Source of the DNA: Octopus sinensis
Lineage: Eukaryota
NCBI RefSeq assembly: GCF_006345805.1
Contig: NW_021827200.1
Span: 1 to 10,984, forward strand
Length of the DNA: 10,984 bases
Reading direction: 5' to 3'
Part shown: piece after piece, positions 9,954-10,984 of the stretch
How positions within the stretch are numbered: position 1 is the stretch's first letter
Layout of the letters: each line of letters opens with the position of its first letter
Program-made: the position numbers and the translations under genes
The notes under the pieces: model-generated
What the model was told of the DNA's origin: nothing
Databases searched by the model: none
Seen by the model: only the letters and a program-made list of their open reading frames with translations

Positions 9954-10173
9954 CAGTGATTTTCAAACTTTTTGCTGAAGCGGAACCCCCAAGGAAACAT
10001 TCCACTGGCTCGAGGAACCCCTGTGCAATAATTTAATAGTCTTATGCACACATATCTGCATAGGAAAATTAAAAATTACTATCGATTTTAACAGTTTTGT
10101 AACTTCTTGCGGAACCCCTGGACTGTACTGGCGGAACCCTAAGGTTCCACGGAATCCTGGTTGAAAACCACTG
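9954..10173. mobile_element. Complete 220-bp hAT (Charlie/Buster-type) MITE
   Basis: TIRs CAGTGATTTTCAAAC vs reverse-complemented right end CAGTGGTTTTCAACC (13/15). Perfect 8-bp TSD GTCTAGAG at 9946-9953 and 10174-10181, fitting the NTCTAGAN target. Four GGAACCC subterminal motifs. Confidence 0.95.
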
Positions 10174-10258
10174 GTCTAGAGTATAGATTCTAAATTATGA
10201 AACAAACTTTTCCATTATTTACATTTGACAGATATTTGTCCTCATCTTGTTTGTTGTT

Positions 10259-10304
10259 AACACAACGTTTCGGTTGATATACCCTCCAGCCTTCATCAGG
10301 TGTT
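10259..10304 (-). ncRNA. Minimal type-I hammerhead ribozyme motif (Penelope-like-element style)
   Basis: Minus-strand RNA: AACAC CUGAUGA A GGCUG GAGGGUAUAU CAACC GAAAC GUU GUGUU. Stem I AACAC/GUGUU is 5 of 5 paired; the CUGAUGA and GAAA core is intact; stem II GGCUG/CAACC is 4 of 5; stem III is reduced to the palindromic ACGU. Predicted cleavage after GUU, between 10264 and 10263. Confidence 0.72.
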
Positions 10305-10352
10305 TTACGGAAGTTTCGAACGTGGGTTCTCATTCCTAAGGAATTTTTCGAT

Positions 10353-10366
10353 GTTGTTGTTGTTAT

Positions 10367-10425
<59 letters not shown>

Positions 10426-10433
10426 TTATTATT
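10353..10433. repeat. (GTT)n-(TAC)n-(TAT)n trinucleotide microsatellite
   Basis: Direct reading; source of the poly-Leu ORF in the track. Confidence 0.97.
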
Positions 10434-10586
10434 CAAATCACTGCCAGGAATCGAATATAGAACTGTACAAATATGTTTCTCCTACATGTTGGATATCTAA
10501 GATTCCTTTTAACCTGGTAACTGTCTATTCTATAACCAAACTGCAAAAGAAAATAGCAAAAAAGGATAAATGTATTTTTTATTGTA

Positions 10587-10984
10587 ATCCTTCTCCTTCG
10601 AATGGCTGTGGCCGAGAAGCTTCTTTCAATGCTGGTTCAGAGACCTCCGTCTTCCATTAGCTTGGTAGATCTTCAAACTTCTTGTGTGTCTCTGTTAATA
10701 GCATCAACGTCTTTGAGGAGCCTTCGTCCTTTATTACAGATGTCTCCAAAATATAACATCTAACATAACGTGATAGCAGCATGCAGCAAAGCTTACCCTT
10801 TGTTGGGCTATAATAAAAGGGACGGGTGGAATGTGTCTATGAGTCACCTAGTCGGTCTTGTGATGTATGCCTGGCGATATATTTGAATCCTCATGCGGAG
10901 CCTGGAATCCATTGTGTAATCATTCATCCTTGACAAATTAAGAAATTCTTGCTGATATTTTCGTCGTTCTAGACATAAGTATTA
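10587..10984 (-). mobile_element. Decayed RTE-like LINE 3' end (post-RT region of ORF2), continuing beyond the window
   Basis: Manual translation across stops and frameshifts: LRMRIQ/NIS...IPPVPFIIAQQRVSFAACCYHVMLDVIFWRH (10832-10740)/CNKGRRLLKDVDAINRDT/KFEDLPS/LMEDGGL*TSIERSFSATAIRRRR. This resembles my recollection of the RTE post-RT pattern (I..RRL.FAGHC.R ... W ... RGRP..T..D...D ... LMEDR..WR). Ends in a short AGGAGAAGG purine tail. Confidence 0.55.

Larger units (their letters stand above)
10200..10455 (-). mobile_element. Retroelement fragment: tRNA B-box remnant, trinucleotide microsatellite, hammerhead, AT-rich tail (Penelope-like pLTR or SINE-like composite)
   Basis: Minus strand: TTCGATTCC (10455-10447), (GTA)n/(AAC)n tract (10433-10353), about 50-nt linker, hammerhead (10304-10259), then ...GTCAAATGTAAATAATG. 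Boundaries are approximate. Confidence 0.5.

Noticed and set aside
9820-10005. 61-aa minus-strand ORF (…PVIIVAAGYFIDYIKDIWKSW…)
   Set aside because: It starts inside the hAT MITE and is interrupted by it; there is no recognisable domain.
10300-10500. 66-aa ORF with a poly-Leu run resembling a signal peptide
   Set aside because: The poly-Leu is the (TAC)n/(GTT)n microsatellite inside a repeat element.
10600-10635. Minus-strand 'SIERSFS', resembling the hAT dimerisation motif
   Set aside because: The surrounding translation fits an RTE-like LINE C-terminus better, and there are no hAT TIRs or upstream LPATS-type motif.

Overview
Non-coding, AT-rich eukaryotic DNA. A large share is simple repeats ((TA)n, (TACA)n, (CA)n, (GATA)n, (GA)n, (TAC)n), and much of the rest is nested transposable-element debris. 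The SINE heads and the microsatellite load resemble, from memory, repeats of an octopus (coleoid cephalopod) genome; this is an inference, not a database result. No intact protein-coding gene is supported: most ORFs in the supplied track are microsatellite artefacts, and the rest have no recognisable product. Recognisable elements: three 3' fragments of one L1/Tx1-like LINE with (TATC)n tails; about six tRNA-derived SINE copies or remnants; a complete non-autonomous Helitron; a complete hAT MITE with a perfect 8-bp TSD; an orphan hAT end; a pogo/Tigger-like MITE remnant; and a decayed RTE-like LINE end. Most notable: (1) a minimal type-I hammerhead ribozyme (minus strand, 10259-10304) inside an element that also carries a tRNA B-box remnant; (2) a near-perfect inverted repeat with asymmetric microsatellite expansion (3466-4537); (3) a LINE chain that alternates with (GATA)n tracts, suggesting microsatellite targeting.
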